64,000 nucleotides of DNA, from NCBI GenBank assembly GCA_963697115.1, contig CAVOMT010000003.1:24833-88832 (forward strand), in the 5' to 3' direction. The translations under genes were made by a program, and so were the position numbers. Positions 42,318 to 53,736 of this stretch are shown here, in pieces (position 1 is the first letter of the stretch; each line of letters begins with the position of its first letter). The notes beneath the pieces were generated by a model. It made no database searches and was not told where the DNA came from. It worked only from the letters and a program-made list of their open reading frames with translations. The DNA is from an uncultured Solirubrobacterales bacterium (GTDB lineage: Bacteria; Actinomycetota; Thermoleophilia; Solirubrobacterales; Solirubrobacteraceae).

Positions 42318-44395
42318 CTAGCCTTTTTTCTTGCCTTTCTTCTTCTTCTTCGGCGTGATCGCGGCCTGCGTGATCGTGATCGTCTTCGTCTTGCTAGCCG
42401 CCGTTCCGCCCGTGGGCGTGAACGTCACCGTGATCTTGACCGAGAGCTTGTGGCCCTTGACCTTCGCCAGCTTCTTCAGCGTCGCGCTCGAGATCGGCAA
42501 CGTCACCGTTCCCTGACCGCCACCGACGCTCGCCGTCACATTCGAGACCGTAACGCTGCCGCCGACCGCCTTGATCTGCACTTTCCCGGCGTCGGGCAGA
42601 ACCAAGGAGAGCACGATGCTCTTGCCCTTGATCTTGGTCCCGGCTACCGAGAAAACGTTGCTCGGGGGCGTGACGACCGTCGTTGCGACCGTGGTCGCGA
42701 CTGTATTCGGTTTGCTTTCCGGCGGTTTCACTGTTTCTTCGCTACCACCGCCGGAACCGGCCGACTTGTCCCAGTCGATCGCTTTTACGCCATTTTCGGC
42801 GATCTGGATGACATTGAGCGGCAGCGTTCCATAGTCGTGCAACGCCAGCTGGAACTGACCCTTCGTTGACTCAACGCCTTCGAGATAGTCCTTCACCGTT
42901 CTGGCCTTTTCCTGCTCGAGTTGGCTTTCGCCGTAGACGGGGGCGTCGTCGTCCCAAGCGAAGTCGTAGGTCAGACCACAAACCGGATAGGCATGGATCG
43001 CGTCGCTTGCAATCGCGGAGGCCGTCGCGCCCGTGCCGATCGCATTTTCCCAATCGCCGAGCGTCGGATCCGCCCCCGCGGTCGGGTACCCGCGGTAATC
43101 GGCATCCGTACAGTCTGCGCCTTCGGGCGAAGCGCTGAGGTTGGATTTCGGTTCTTCGGTGGGCTCAACATAGGTCGCACCCACAGCGTCCCCTTCTTCG
43201 GGACTGACCGTCTGCATCGGGACCCAATAGGTGTGATCGTCTTTTTTCTTTTCCATACTGAAGCCCTTCTTGCGCGACGTGGCAAGGTCGGCGTAGCCGA
43301 TTGAGCCATTGGTCGCCGCCACCGCTTCCGTAAGAGGTCCTCCGCCGTTGGCAAGCGCGGTGCAGATGTGGTTTGTCGCTTCGCACACCTTCGTTGATTC
43401 GTTCACCTTCCCCGGCTGTTTCTTTTCGGCGTTGAACGTTTCAGGCCAGACGTGGTTGTCTCCGGCCACCGGCGCCGAAGTCCACAAGCCCGAAGGCGCG
43501 CCAGGGAGCAGACTCAGGTACGACTTGAAGTTGAACGTCGTGCCCGATCCGTCGAACCGCACGATGCGCATCACCGGCAGCGCACCGCAAACCGCCGGTG
43601 TTGTTCCTTTGCCGGAAGCCGTGTCTTCTTCCATATCGGATACGGGGACGATTTCTTCCCATTTCACCGCTTCTCCGTCCCAGATTTTCTCCATCTCGGG
43701 GGCGGTGATGTGTACACGCAGCGTTTCTTCAGAGTACTTGTCACCAGTGTAGCCACCAGTGGTGTCGTTGTTCTTCCCCGTTACTTCAGAACCAGTACCT
43801 GCTTCGCCTGGTGCAAGTCCGCCTGTGCTCGTATCCCCGTTGCCGGCGGGAAGGGCCGGGTTCTTCAGCTTGCAGCCGTCGGGAAAGTGCACGATGATCG
43901 CGACCGCGAACGATGCAACCGGGATCTGGTGGATTACACCGGGTTTTTCGCTACCCGCATCATCGGCATTGGCCTGCTGAGTGACGGTCAGCGGAGCGTC
44001 GCTCCCCCCGAAACGGGTCGATTCGGCGCGTTTACCGGGACCTGATTCGGAGATTTTGAAACCGAAGCATTCAGCGCTGGTGGCTTCTCCACCAATCGAG
44101 GCGATTCCGCAGCCACTGCCTTCAGGGGCATACGTTACGGCCGGAGCGGAGCTGCCGCAACCTTCCGTGCTGCTATGCCAAACCGTGGTCGTCCAGAATT
44201 CCAACTGCGCTTCCTTCTGGGCCGACGAACCTTGGCCCGCCACGGGAGCGCCTTCGCATTGCCGACGGTAAACGCGGCGTGGGCCGACGGTGGCGCCATA
44301 GCCGCGGCGAAAGCCAAAGCGGCCATCGCGCATAGCGCCGCAACGACGGCGCGGGTACGACCGCGTTCTGCGGTCAGGGGAAAGCTTGCACGCAT
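42318..44395 (-). CDS. Large secreted PstS-like protein with basic Ig-like C-terminal domain (frameshift near 44260)
   Basis: Signal peptide AHA; GQGSSAQ, FGGSDAP, RFDGSGTT, GSIGY; tail KKKKKGKKKG. Confidence 0.85.
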
Positions 44396-44473
44396 GAGCA
44401 GGGTAGGTCCTTTCACGAGCAGAGGTCGGAAACGAGGCGAGTCTCACACGCCTCTTTGCCCGAGCGCAAGCCC

Positions 44474-44566
44474 GTTCACAGAAGATATACAAGCCGGTAA
44501 CGGGGCAGCATCAAGTTGTGACGCGAAGTTACGACTTGGTTTCAGGTTGGTAACAAGGTGGTAACA
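44474..44566. promoter_or_regulatory. Array of PHO-type repeats
   Basis: GTTCAC 44474 and GGTAAC 44496; AGTTAC 44527, GGTTTC 44538, GGTAAC 44549, GGTAAC 44560 in 11-nt phase. Confidence 0.6.
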
Positions 44567-44831
44567 GGCCCTGCTTGTTTCATCAGCGTCGACGGTAGAC
44601 GTGGGCGCGGTGAGCGACCGCGACCACACTGACCGTCTGGGTCTTGTGGTCGAGCGCGTAGATCACGCGATAGGGGACGCGGCGTACCGGGCTCAAGGCT
44701 TACCGAGACGCCTTGAAATTGGCAGTGATCGTGGGCAAGAAGTCGAGGGTCGCGGTCGTGTACCGCTCGGGTATCCGCTGGAGCCGGCGTTGAGCGATTG
44801 GCATCACCCGCAGGCGCCCATGACGCCCCGT

Positions 44832-45188
44832 TCACGCCGCTACTGGCGCGGCCATCTCTGTAGAGCTTGACATCAGGGCAAGCCGGTCGACACCGTCTGC
44901 TCCGATGACAAGTGCGCTGTGCTGCTCCAGAGCTCCGATGACGATAGCCAGACGCTGATGCAGCTCGGCCGGCGAGCCGCCGACCAGGGTGACATCGATC
45001 TCGATCGTGTCGTGCTCGAAGTCCGCGCACGCCGATGCACCCGGCGCGATGTCTGCGACGTGATCGCCGAGAACCTCCTCGACGTGGAAGGCAGCCGCCT
45101 CCAGGAGCTCGCGAGGCACCCGCTGTGGCGCCTTGAGGGTGATCAAAGCAGACGCTTCAATCGTCGATATGCCGTTCTCGATGGTCAT
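44832..45188 (-). CDS. Acidic hypothetical protein, putative antitoxin
   Basis: Directly downstream of the HicA-like gene, GAGG RBS, acidic, about 118 aa. Confidence 0.5.
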   Translation of the reverse strand: MTIENGISTIEASALITLKAPQRVPRELLEAAAFHVEEVLGDHVADIAPGASACADFEHDTIEIDVTLVGGSPAELHQRLAIVIGALEQHSALVIGADGVDRLALMSSSTEMAAPVAA

Positions 45189-45199
45189 CGCCTCTGATT

Positions 45200-45442
45200 C
45201 TACGCCTTCAGACCCGATCTTTTGAGTGCGGAGAGCTTGTTTGCGCGGGTACGTGATCCGCTCGGAGTGCTCGGAATCGGGACCATCCGCATGTCGTTGG
45301 GTGGATAGCACTTGATGTGCTTGTTGCCGGCCCGCTCGCACCACCAGCCCTGCGCCCATACGCGCGCAACCAGATCATCCATCTCCTTGTTCGGGAGCTT
45401 GGGACGTCGGGCATGAGGATCGGCGGCTCGCTTTGGATGCAT
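45200..45442 (-). CDS. HicA-like toxin
   Basis: Small basic protein AQGW..ERAGNKHIKCYPP..VPIPSTPS..LKRSG. Confidence 0.7.
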   Translation of the reverse strand: MHPKRAADPHARRPKLPNKEMDDLVARVWAQGWWCERAGNKHIKCYPPNDMRMVPIPSTPSGSRTRANKLSALKRSGLKA

Positions 45443-45492
45443 CGGCTCGCAAGATGCTAGTCATCAACCCGGGGAGCGATAACCCGAACGCC

Positions 45493-47651
45493 TCAGCCCT
45501 TCTTCCCCTTCCCCTTCCCGGAGGACTTCTTCGCGGGCGAGGCCGTGACGAATGTCGCGGCCACTTCGTCCGAGAGCGTTTCGGCCGGTGCCGGGGGCGT
45601 GAAGGCGATTGTGACGTTGGCCTTGAGCTTGCCGGCGCGCTTGAGCTCCTTGAGGTACTTGGAGGAGATGTGGAGCGTCAACGTGGTCGTGCCCTCCGAG
45701 CGCGCGTTCGCCGTCGTGCTCGCAAGCAGCACTGGCGGCGCCGGCTTGCCTTTCTTCTTGGCCTTTGCCGTGTGGGCGGAGGACTTGCGTGCAGGCGAGG
45801 GCTTGGCCGTCGCGATCTTGGGGATCGAGCCGCGAGCCTTGGCCGTCAGCCTGCCGGGGCCGGGCGTCTCCACGAGCAGGATGAGACCACCGTCCTTAGC
45901 GCGCTTGACGGAAACACCGAGTTCCGGAGAGGAGATTGCGGTCAAAGAAAAACCACCTGAACCAGCGTTGACTTCGGCCGGTGCCGGCGCCGTTCCGCCT
46001 GCAGCTTGGAGCTTCGTCGTAAAGGCGTCGGCGGCGCTGTTGGCGTCACCGAAGATGAGGTCGGTCGCCGAGGAGACAAAAGCCACCATCGAGCCGTCCT
46101 GGGACAACGTCGGATTGACCAGGACAGACCGGTTCGGATCGCCGCCTTCGTAGTTCAGCACCGCGCGTTCGAGAGTGTTCGAGTCCAGATGGATCACGTA
46201 CAGATCGCTAGCGGTCGGACAGCGCGCGAAGCGAGCCGATCAGCTGCGGTTCGGGCAATACGAAGCTGTCGCGCAGGGAGGTGAACGCGATCGTCGATCC
46301 ATCCGGCGAAAGCGCCAGCGATTCGATCGACGGCGTCGAGCCCGGGTTACCAGACCGGACGCCGAGGGTCAGCTCGCGAGTGCCCGCCTTGCGCGACACG
46401 CCGGGTCTCATGCTCGTGACAAACACATCCAGGCCACTCGACTTCGTGACGTTGGGACGCGATGCCGATCCTGCCAGGAACGCGACGGTGTAGCCATCGC
46501 CGCTCAACCCCGGAGCTGTCAGAGCGATACTCCCCAAAGCGGACTCGGGCTCACTCAGCGGCCCGTAGCAGGGACCGGTTGCAGTCTCATTGAGTGTGAT
46601 TTCTCCATCGGGAGGGCAAGCCGGATCATCGGGATCAGCGATACCTGTAATGCGTCGCGTCGCGGCATCCGGTTCCTGCCAACGCTGCCACAAGTAGTGG
46701 GGTTCGCTCGTATTCAACGACTCGCCGGACAGGAACCGGGTTTGTGCCGGGCGCGTTGGTCGCCACCCATGCGACAGTTGAGCCATCAGCGCTGATCGTG
46801 GCTGGCCCAATCGCCCCGCCCGCCGGCTTGCCTTCTTCGGGTTCGCCTTGTTTCTGCCGACTCACAAGCGTGGTCGTCCGCGCAGTCAGATCTCTTACAA
46901 AGAGTTGTTCTGGCGGCGTTTCGACACCAGCGTCATCGGGCAGGTTGACGATGCTTCGTCGTTCGGAACGCGACGTAGCGGCCATCGGCCGATATGGCCG
47001 TGTTCGGCCATACCTCCGCGCCGGGTTCTGCCCGGCATGAGGGGCTTCATGCAAGGTGTAGCTGGCCGGTTCTTCTCCTCCGCTCTTTGCCGAGACGAGC
47101 GTATAAGCGCCAGAGTCCTTGCGTTCGGCCGTGAGCGGCACGTCCATGTCGCGCACATAGACGTCGAAATTTTCGTTTGTTGTCTTGGGGGCAAGCTGCT
47201 GAGCAGTGTCGAAAGGCGACGTAGCGTCCGTCGGCGCTGATAGATGGATTTTCGCGCCCCTTCAAGGATCAGGTCAGAGGGATCGCATTCGCCTTTCGAG
47301 TTCAGCGCCGACCTCGTGCCGTCGGCCACCAGCGCAAGTTCGCCCGTGTCGCGGTCGTAACGGAAAATTCCGCCCTCCCGGCACACACCAGGCGGTTCGG
47401 GGTCTCCACCGCGACGCCATCGTTTTCAAAGAAGTTGGTCGCGCGCGTCTGAAAGACGACATAGCGCCCATTAGCCGAGATCGCTGCATCGGTGGTTGCT
47501 GCGTCGGCCTGTTCATCGGAGGCATGATCGACCGAGACGATTTCAGCGCCGAAACCCCCAGCCGCCGGCCCATAGATCGCATGCGCCGAGGCGGCGAACA
47601 CGAGCAAGCAGAGAACCGCGACCTGGCCCCGAGACGAAGAACCCGCTTCAC
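45493..47651 (-). CDS. TolB-like propeller protein, copy B (frameshifted paralog of 20201..22453)
   Basis: ISANGRYVVF, ISADGSTVAW, LSPDGSTIAF, LIFGDANSAADAF; basic tail. Confidence 0.8.
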
Positions 47652-49640
47652 GAAACCTTCACCACCCTGCGCACCTTGGCCGGTTGCCGGCCTTGTCAGA
47701 GGCCGTGACGGTGATCGTGTATGTGCCCCCGGAGGCGTAGCGATGGCTGAGCACGGTGCGCCCACGTGCGCTGCCATGCCGGCCGCCGACACCGAAGCTG
47801 ACCTGCACCGAGCTCGCTTCAACCCCGGAGACCTGCCCGTGCGCCCCGTCGCTGACGCGCACGGTGACCGAACTGCCGCGCACGCGCACGCTGCACTTGC
47901 GGGGGTGTGCGATCGACCTTGATCGTGGCGGGCACGGAGTCGACGACCTGCCCGAGCGAGTCGGTCGCCTCGACCTGGATCGTGTGGACGCCGCTCGAGA
48001 TCTCCGAGCCGTGGAGGATCGTTTCGGTGGTGGTGAGGTTTTCGGCGACTTCGCGGTCATCGACGAGCACGCCGTAGGTGATCGCGCCGGCGCCCGCCAA
48101 GGGGGTTTCCCACTGCAGCGGGACTTTCGCGGCGTGGACCCAGCCCGAGGGCGTGTCGAGCACGAACTCGCCCGGAGGGGCGCGCACGACGACGGCGCCG
48201 ATCTTGGTGTTGGCGCCGTCGCCCTGCAGGAAGCCGACGATCGCGTCGCCGTGGTGGGAGCCGCCGATCTGCAGCTGATGCACGGTGCCGCCGCCGGGTG
48301 CGGAGACGAGCTGGCGGTTGGGGGTGCCGTCCGCCCGGCGCTCGAGCACGCCGACGGCGCCGGCGCCGTGCTCGTCGACCTTCCAGGCGGCGGCGAGCGC
48401 GCCGTTGTCGGCGCGCGTGAGCACGGGTTCGCCGGCGATGTCGCTGGCGCCGTCGTCCATGCGCACGGGCGTGGAGAGGCCGGCTTCGGCGCCGCGCGCG
48501 TCGAAGCTTGCGACGCCCGAGCCGAAGCCGACGTCGAAGTCGCCCTCGCCGTCGAGGCCGAGGCTGAGCGGACCGATCGGGCCCGCAGGCCCTTCGGCGC
48601 CGCCGCCATCGACGATCCGCGCGGGCGCGAAGGCGGCGCCATGGGGGTCGAACGAGGAAGGGATCTCCGAGACGAACACGCGCGGGCGGGTGAAGCCCGA
48701 GCCGGGCGCGGGCTGCTGGCGCCAGGCGACCGCGCCCTCGCCGAAGCCGGCGGTGTCGAGCGCGAACTCATCGGCGGGGCCGTTGAGCGCGTGGCCCGCG
48801 TAGGTGGAGGGACTGACCTGGAGGATGTTGCCGGGCGACCATCCCGAAGATGCGCCGCGCGTAGATGCGGTTGACGAACGAGTCGTCGGGCTCCTGCCAG
48901 GCGACGATGCCCTGCCCGGTGAGATCGATCGCCACGCGCGGGGAGTTGGCGGCGGTGGGCGCGAGCATCGGCTGAGCGAGGTTGCGGTTCAGCGGCTGCC
49001 CGAACGAGGACCAGAACTCGCCGTCGAAGCGCGCCATGCGGATTTCGGCCTTCACATAGCCAGGCGGGATTTCCGGCGTCGAAGGGCCGCTGATGGCGGT
49101 GATCACGCGGTAGGCGACGAGCGCGCTGCCGGCGAGGTTCATCGCCACCGACGGGTAGGTGCCGATCGCCTGGCCGATGTTCAGGTCGACCGGGACCGGC
49201 GGCTGAAAGCCGGTCGAGCCGGGCTCGAGCGCCGCGGAGAAGAGACCGTCGGTCGTGGAGGAGTAGTGGTTGGTCCAGACCACCACCAGCCGCCCGCCTT
49301 CGCCGGCGCCGATCGCCGGGAAGGAGGATTCGAAGGGCTGGCCGACGTCGACGCGCTGCGGCGCCTGCCACGCCCCGTGGGAGTAGAGCGCGGCGAAGAT
49401 GTGCGGGCGCCCGTCGACGCGCTTGCGGTAGACGAGCCCGCCGCTGCCGTCGGTGGCCATCGCGACGCCGCCGAGTTCGACGATTTCCGCAGCTGGCGCC
49501 GTCGAGCGTGGTGACCGGCGAGATCAGCGCCACCGCCGGGGCCGGCGCGCCAAGGAGCACCACGAGCAGCGGCACGAGCGCGAGCAGCGAGCAGGTTCGG
49601 GCGCGAACGCGCGGGCGTCGAAACTCCCGGACGCCACGTG
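47648..49640 (-). CDS. PKD-domain secreted protein, copy B (frameshifted paralog of 22450..24510; start approximate)
   Basis: MATDGSGGLVY, ALVAYRVIT, VAWQEPD..IYARRIFG, HRYASGGTYTITVTASD. Confidence 0.8.
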
Positions 49641-49719
49641 CGCGAGGTGGACGAGGCACCCCGGCAGATTGATCGCAGGCGGCGGGCGACCTGTTAACGA
49701 GTTGAGAACATTTGCCCGC

Positions 49720-49736
49720 GTTCACATCCTGTTCAC
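49720..49736 (+). promoter_or_regulatory. PHO box (perfect pair)
   Basis: GTTCAC-ATCCT-GTTCAC between divergent module B and pstS. Confidence 0.85.
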
Positions 49737-49797
49737 GTCTGGATGTCCGACTGCTCGGAGACTGGCGCTCACGTACCCGTCACTAAGGAGCAGAGTC

Positions 49798-50616
49798 TTG
49801 CGACTACGACCCACCCGAACTTTGACCGTCCTGCTGGTCGCGGCGGCCCTCACGCTGGCCGCCCCCGCCGCCGCCGGCGCGCGCGCGCTGCTGCTGAGCG
49901 GCTCGACCTCGATCTACCCGCTGATGATCCAGCTCGCCGCCGCCTACCACAAGGCGACGCACCAGCCGACGCCGAAGGTCAACCAGGGGACCTCCGACGC
50001 GGGCGTCAACGAAGTGAACGCCGGCAAAGTCGACATCGGCGACGTCTCGCGCGACCCGATCGTCGGCTCGGACCCGCACGGGCTCGTGTTCACGAAGATC
50101 GCGCGCGACGGCGTGTGCATGATCACCTCCCCGAACAATCACCTGGCGAACCTCAACCAGCAGACCGTGCAGGGCATCTTCACGGGCAACATCCGCGAAT
50201 GGAGCGAAGTGCCGGGCTCGAAAATCACGGGCTCGATCGACCTCGTCGACCGCATCGCCTCCTCCGGTACGCAGGACGCCTTCCAGAACATCTTCCTCGG
50301 GCCGAGCCTGAAGATCGCCCCGAGCGCGGATGCGGAGGAATCGAACGGCCTCGTGCAGAGCAAGGTCAAAAACGACCCGAATGCGATCGGTTTCGTGTCC
50401 TTCGCCTTCACCGCCGGGGTCAACCCGGTCGGCTACCAGGGCATCCCCTGCACGCTGCAGAACGCCAAGTCCGGTCAGTACCAGGGCGTGCGTAACTTCT
50501 GGATGGTCACGAAGGGCTCGCCGAAGGGTCCCGCGGCGAAGTTCATCGCGTGGATCACAAGCGGCAACAAGACGACCAAAAAAATCATCGGCTCGCAGTG
50601 GATCACGATCCACTAG
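49798..50616 (+). CDS. pstS: Phosphate ABC transporter substrate-binding protein
   Basis: SGSTS, DIGDVSR, DRIASSGT, NAIGF; TTG start after AAGGAG; no lipobox. Confidence 0.9.
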   Translation: MRLRPTRTLTVLLVAAALTLAAPAAAGARALLLSGSTSIYPLMIQLAAAYHKATHQPTPKVNQGTSDAGVNEVNAGKVDIGDVSRDPIVGSDPHGLVFTKIARDGVCMITSPNNHLANLNQQTVQGIFTGNIREWSEVPGSKITGSIDLVDRIASSGTQDAFQNIFLGPSLKIAPSADAEESNGLVQSKVKNDPNAIGFVSFAFTAGVNPVGYQGIPCTLQNAKSGQYQGVRNFWMVTKGSPKGPAAKFIAWITSGNKTTKKIIGSQWITIH

Positions 50617-50642
50617 GCGCAGAGCAAACCAGTCGTTCACGG

Positions 50643-50669
50643 CGCGCCGGGGGGCAGCCCCCCGGCGCG
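50643..50669 (+). other. Intercistronic stem-loop between pstS and pstC
   Basis: GCGCCGGGGG...CCCCCGGCGC; commonly stabilises pstS mRNA. Confidence 0.55.
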
Positions 50670-50695
50670 CGCTTCGCGAGGACTCCTGAGCGGCG

Positions 50696-51676
50696 ATGCG
50701 CTCCCGCTTTGCCAGGAACACGCCGGACGGTCGCGCCGAGCTGATGCTCGGCGCGGTGTCGGTGGGCGTGCTGGCGTTGATCGCGCTGATGCTGGTGACG
50801 GTCTTCCTGAAGGCGTGGCCGTCGTTCGCGCACAACGGGATCAAGTGGTTCTTCCCCGGCGGTGACGTCGATCAGCAGCTGAAAGCGATCATCACCGGAC
50901 CGACGGACCCGGAGCACTACGACTACTACATCCGCGCGTGGCCGCTGATCTGGGACACGATCGTGACGACCGGGCTGGCGGTGATCTTGGCGCTGGTCAT
51001 AGTCGGTGCTCGCGGCCGTGTTCGTCGTCGAGCTGGCGCCGGCGGCGGTGCGGCGCACGATCGACCCGGTGATCCAGCTGCTGGCGGCGGTGCCGTCGGT
51101 GATCTACGGGCTGATCGGGATCCTCGTGGTGGCGCCGTGGATCCAAGGGTTCATCTCCCAGCAGCGCAAGCACTCGGTGCAGTACGTCGTGCAGCTGACC
51201 GGCGCGAACCTCACGACGGCGGTGGTGATCCTCGCGCTGATGATCGTGCCGATCATGGTCGCGATCATCGTGGCGGCGCTGGAGACGGTGCCGCGCTCGT
51301 GGACGGAGGGCTCGGCGGCGCTCGGCGTGAACCGCTGGCGCACGATGTGGCGCGTGTCGCTGCGCACGGTGCGCCCGGCGATCCTCGCAGCGACCGTGCT
51401 CGCGACCGGACGCGCGCTGGGCGAGGCGATCATGCTCTCGATGGTCGCGGGCTCGCGCGCCTACGCGGTCAATCCGCTCGATGGGGTCACGTTCCTGTTC
51501 GAGCCCGTGCGCCCGCTCGCGGCGACGATCATCGCCTACATCGACGGCATCTCGGTGGTGCCGCTCGAACAGACGCTGTATGCGATGGCCGCGGTGCTGC
51601 TGGTCTCCTGCGCGTTCCTCTCACTGGCGGCATGGGCCGTGAAGCAGCCGATGAAGAAGTACGGGATAGAGCGTGA
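50696..51676 (+). CDS. pstC: Phosphate ABC permease PstC (frameshift near 51005)
   Basis: LLAAVPSVIYGL, EGSAALG, GRALGEA. Confidence 0.9.
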   Translation: MRSRFARNTPDGRAELMLGAVSVGVLALIALMLVTVFLKAWPSFAHNGIKWFFPGGDVDQQLKAIITGPTDPEHYDYYIRAWPLIWDTIVTTGLAVILALVIVGARGRVRRRAGAGGGAAHDRPGDPAAGGGAVGDLRADRDPRGGAVDPRVHLPAAQALGAVRRAADRREPHDGGGDPRADDRADHGRDHRGGAGDGAALVDGGLGGARREPLAHDVARVAAHGAPGDPRSDRARDRTRAGRGDHALDGRGLARLRGQSARWGHVPVRARAPARGDDHRLHRRHLGGAARTDAVCDGRGAAGLLRVPLTGGMGREAADEEVRDRA

Positions 51677-52736
51677 TGAGCAGCGGAAGCGCCTCCCAAG
51701 CCCTCGGCTCGCCACCGCTCGCGCCCCCCGCCGAGGCGCTGCGGCGCGAGCGCCCGCGCAACTCGGTGGGCAGCTGGCCGCTGATCGATCGCGCCGCGTA
51801 CATGCTCTGCTGGGCGGTCGGGATCGGCCTGTGCGTGGCGGCGGGGGCGATCGTGGCGCTGATGCTGGTGAAGGGCATCGCGTACGTGCGTCCGAACCTG
51901 CTGTTCACCTCCCCCGGGGTCGGCGCGACGCAGGCCACCTCGGGCGGGTTCCTCGACCCGATCGTGGGCACGCTGCTGCTCGCCGGGCTCGGCATCGCTG
52001 ATCGCGGCGCCGCTGGGCGTGGCGGTGGCGGTGTGGCTGGGCGAGTACGGGCGCCCGGCGGCGCTGGCGCGGGCGAGTGGAGTCGGGCATCGAGATGATC
52101 GCGGGCGCGCCGAGCGTGGTGCTGGCGATCTTCGGCCTGTTGATGTTCTCGCGGCCGTTCCTGGCGTTCCTCTCGCAGACCTCGGCGGGCGGGTCGGTGT
52201 TCGGGCGCTCGTTCTTCACGGCCGGAGCGATGATGTCGCTGCTGGCGCTGCCGCTGGTCGTGGGCGCCACGCGCGAGGGTCTCGCGCAGGTGCCGGGCCA
52301 CGTGCGCGAGGCCTCCTACGCGCTGGGCAAGGCGAAGATCACGACGATCCGCAAGGTGCTGCTGCCCTCGGTCAGGCGCAACATCGCCGGCGGCGTGACG
52401 CTGGGGCTGGGGCGGATCATCGGCGACACGGCGATCGTAGTGATCCTGCTCGGCGCGACGCTTCACCTCGAAGGCGCGGGCGGCGCGCCGGGGCTCTCGA
52501 CGCTGCGCGGCACCGGCGGCACGCTGACGAGCTACGTCAAATACTTCTCGCCCGCCGGCGAAGGCAACCAGGCGCGAAAAGGCCTACGCGGCGGCGTTCG
52601 TGCTGCTGCTGATGGTGATCGCGCTGAACGCGCTCGTGACGCGCATCACGCACGAGCGCCGCGGGATGTTCGAGCGGATGATGGCCTGGTCGTGGCTGCC
52701 GTTCTGGAAACGGGAACGAGCGAGGACGTCCGATGA
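51676..52736 (+). CDS. pstA: Phosphate ABC permease PstA (frameshifted)
   Basis: AGAPSVV, REASYALG, GRIIGDTA. Confidence 0.88.
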
Positions 52737-53736
52737 GCCCCGCGAGACCGCCGCGCGCGCGCCGGATCGCCGGAGGCGGCGACCCCACCGATCGTCGAGC
52801 GCCCGTCCGTTCACGCCGACAGGCACACCGAACCGCGCGGGCGACCGCGACGAGCCTCGCGGGCGGCCCGGCGACGCGGGCCCCTCCCCCAGAACGGCCA
52901 CGCGACCGCGCCGACGCCGCGAATCCCAAGCGCCGCCGACGAACGCGCTGCCCCCGGCGAGCGCGACGGTCGAGCGGATGGCGATCGAAGGCGTGTGGCT
53001 CGCGTACGGCGATCGCTGGGTGGTGCGCGACGTGAGCCTGCCGGTGCGCCAGGGCGAGGTGCTGGCGCTGATCGGCGCGTCGGGCTCGGGCAAGACGACG
53101 CTGCTGCGCTCGCTGAACCGCCTGACGGAGATCACCGACGGCGCGACGCGCGCGGGGCGGATCGCGCTCGACGGCGAGGAGGTCGAGACGATGGAGGTCA
53201 ACGCGCTGCGCCGGCGCATCTCGATGGTCTTCCAGCAGCCGAACCCGTTCCCGATGAGCATCTACGAGAACGTCGCATACGCGCTGCGCGAGGAGCACCC
53301 TCCGAAAGGACGCCGCAGGCGCCGCTCGCGCAAGGAGCTGGAGCCGGAAGTGGTCGCGGCGCTGCAGCGCGCGGGGCTGTACGAGGAGGTGGCGGACGAT
53401 CTCGACCATCCCGCGCTGCGCCTCTCGGGCGGCCAGCAGCAGCGTCTGTGCATCGCGCGCGGGCTGGCGGTGAAGCCCGAGGTGCTGCTGCTGGACGAGC
53501 CGTGCTCGGCGCTCGACCCGATCTCCACGGCGACGATCGAGCAGCTGATCGTGGAGCTGCGCTCGGACGTGGCGATCGTGATCGTGACGCACAACCTGCA
53601 GCAGGCGATGCGCGTGGCCGATCATGTCGCGTTCATGCACCTGGGCGAGCTCGTGGAGTACGGCCCGAGCGCGCAGATCTTCGGCGCCCCGCGCAACCAG
53701 CGCACGCGCGATTACGTCGGCGGGGTGTTCGGTTGA
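52733..53736 (+). CDS. pstB: Phosphate ABC ATPase (start approximate)
   Basis: [36 protein letters not shown]. Confidence 0.93.

Noticed and set aside
44570-45490. IS element or prophage explaining the insertion
   Set aside because: No transposase, integrase, terminal inverted repeats or target duplication recognised
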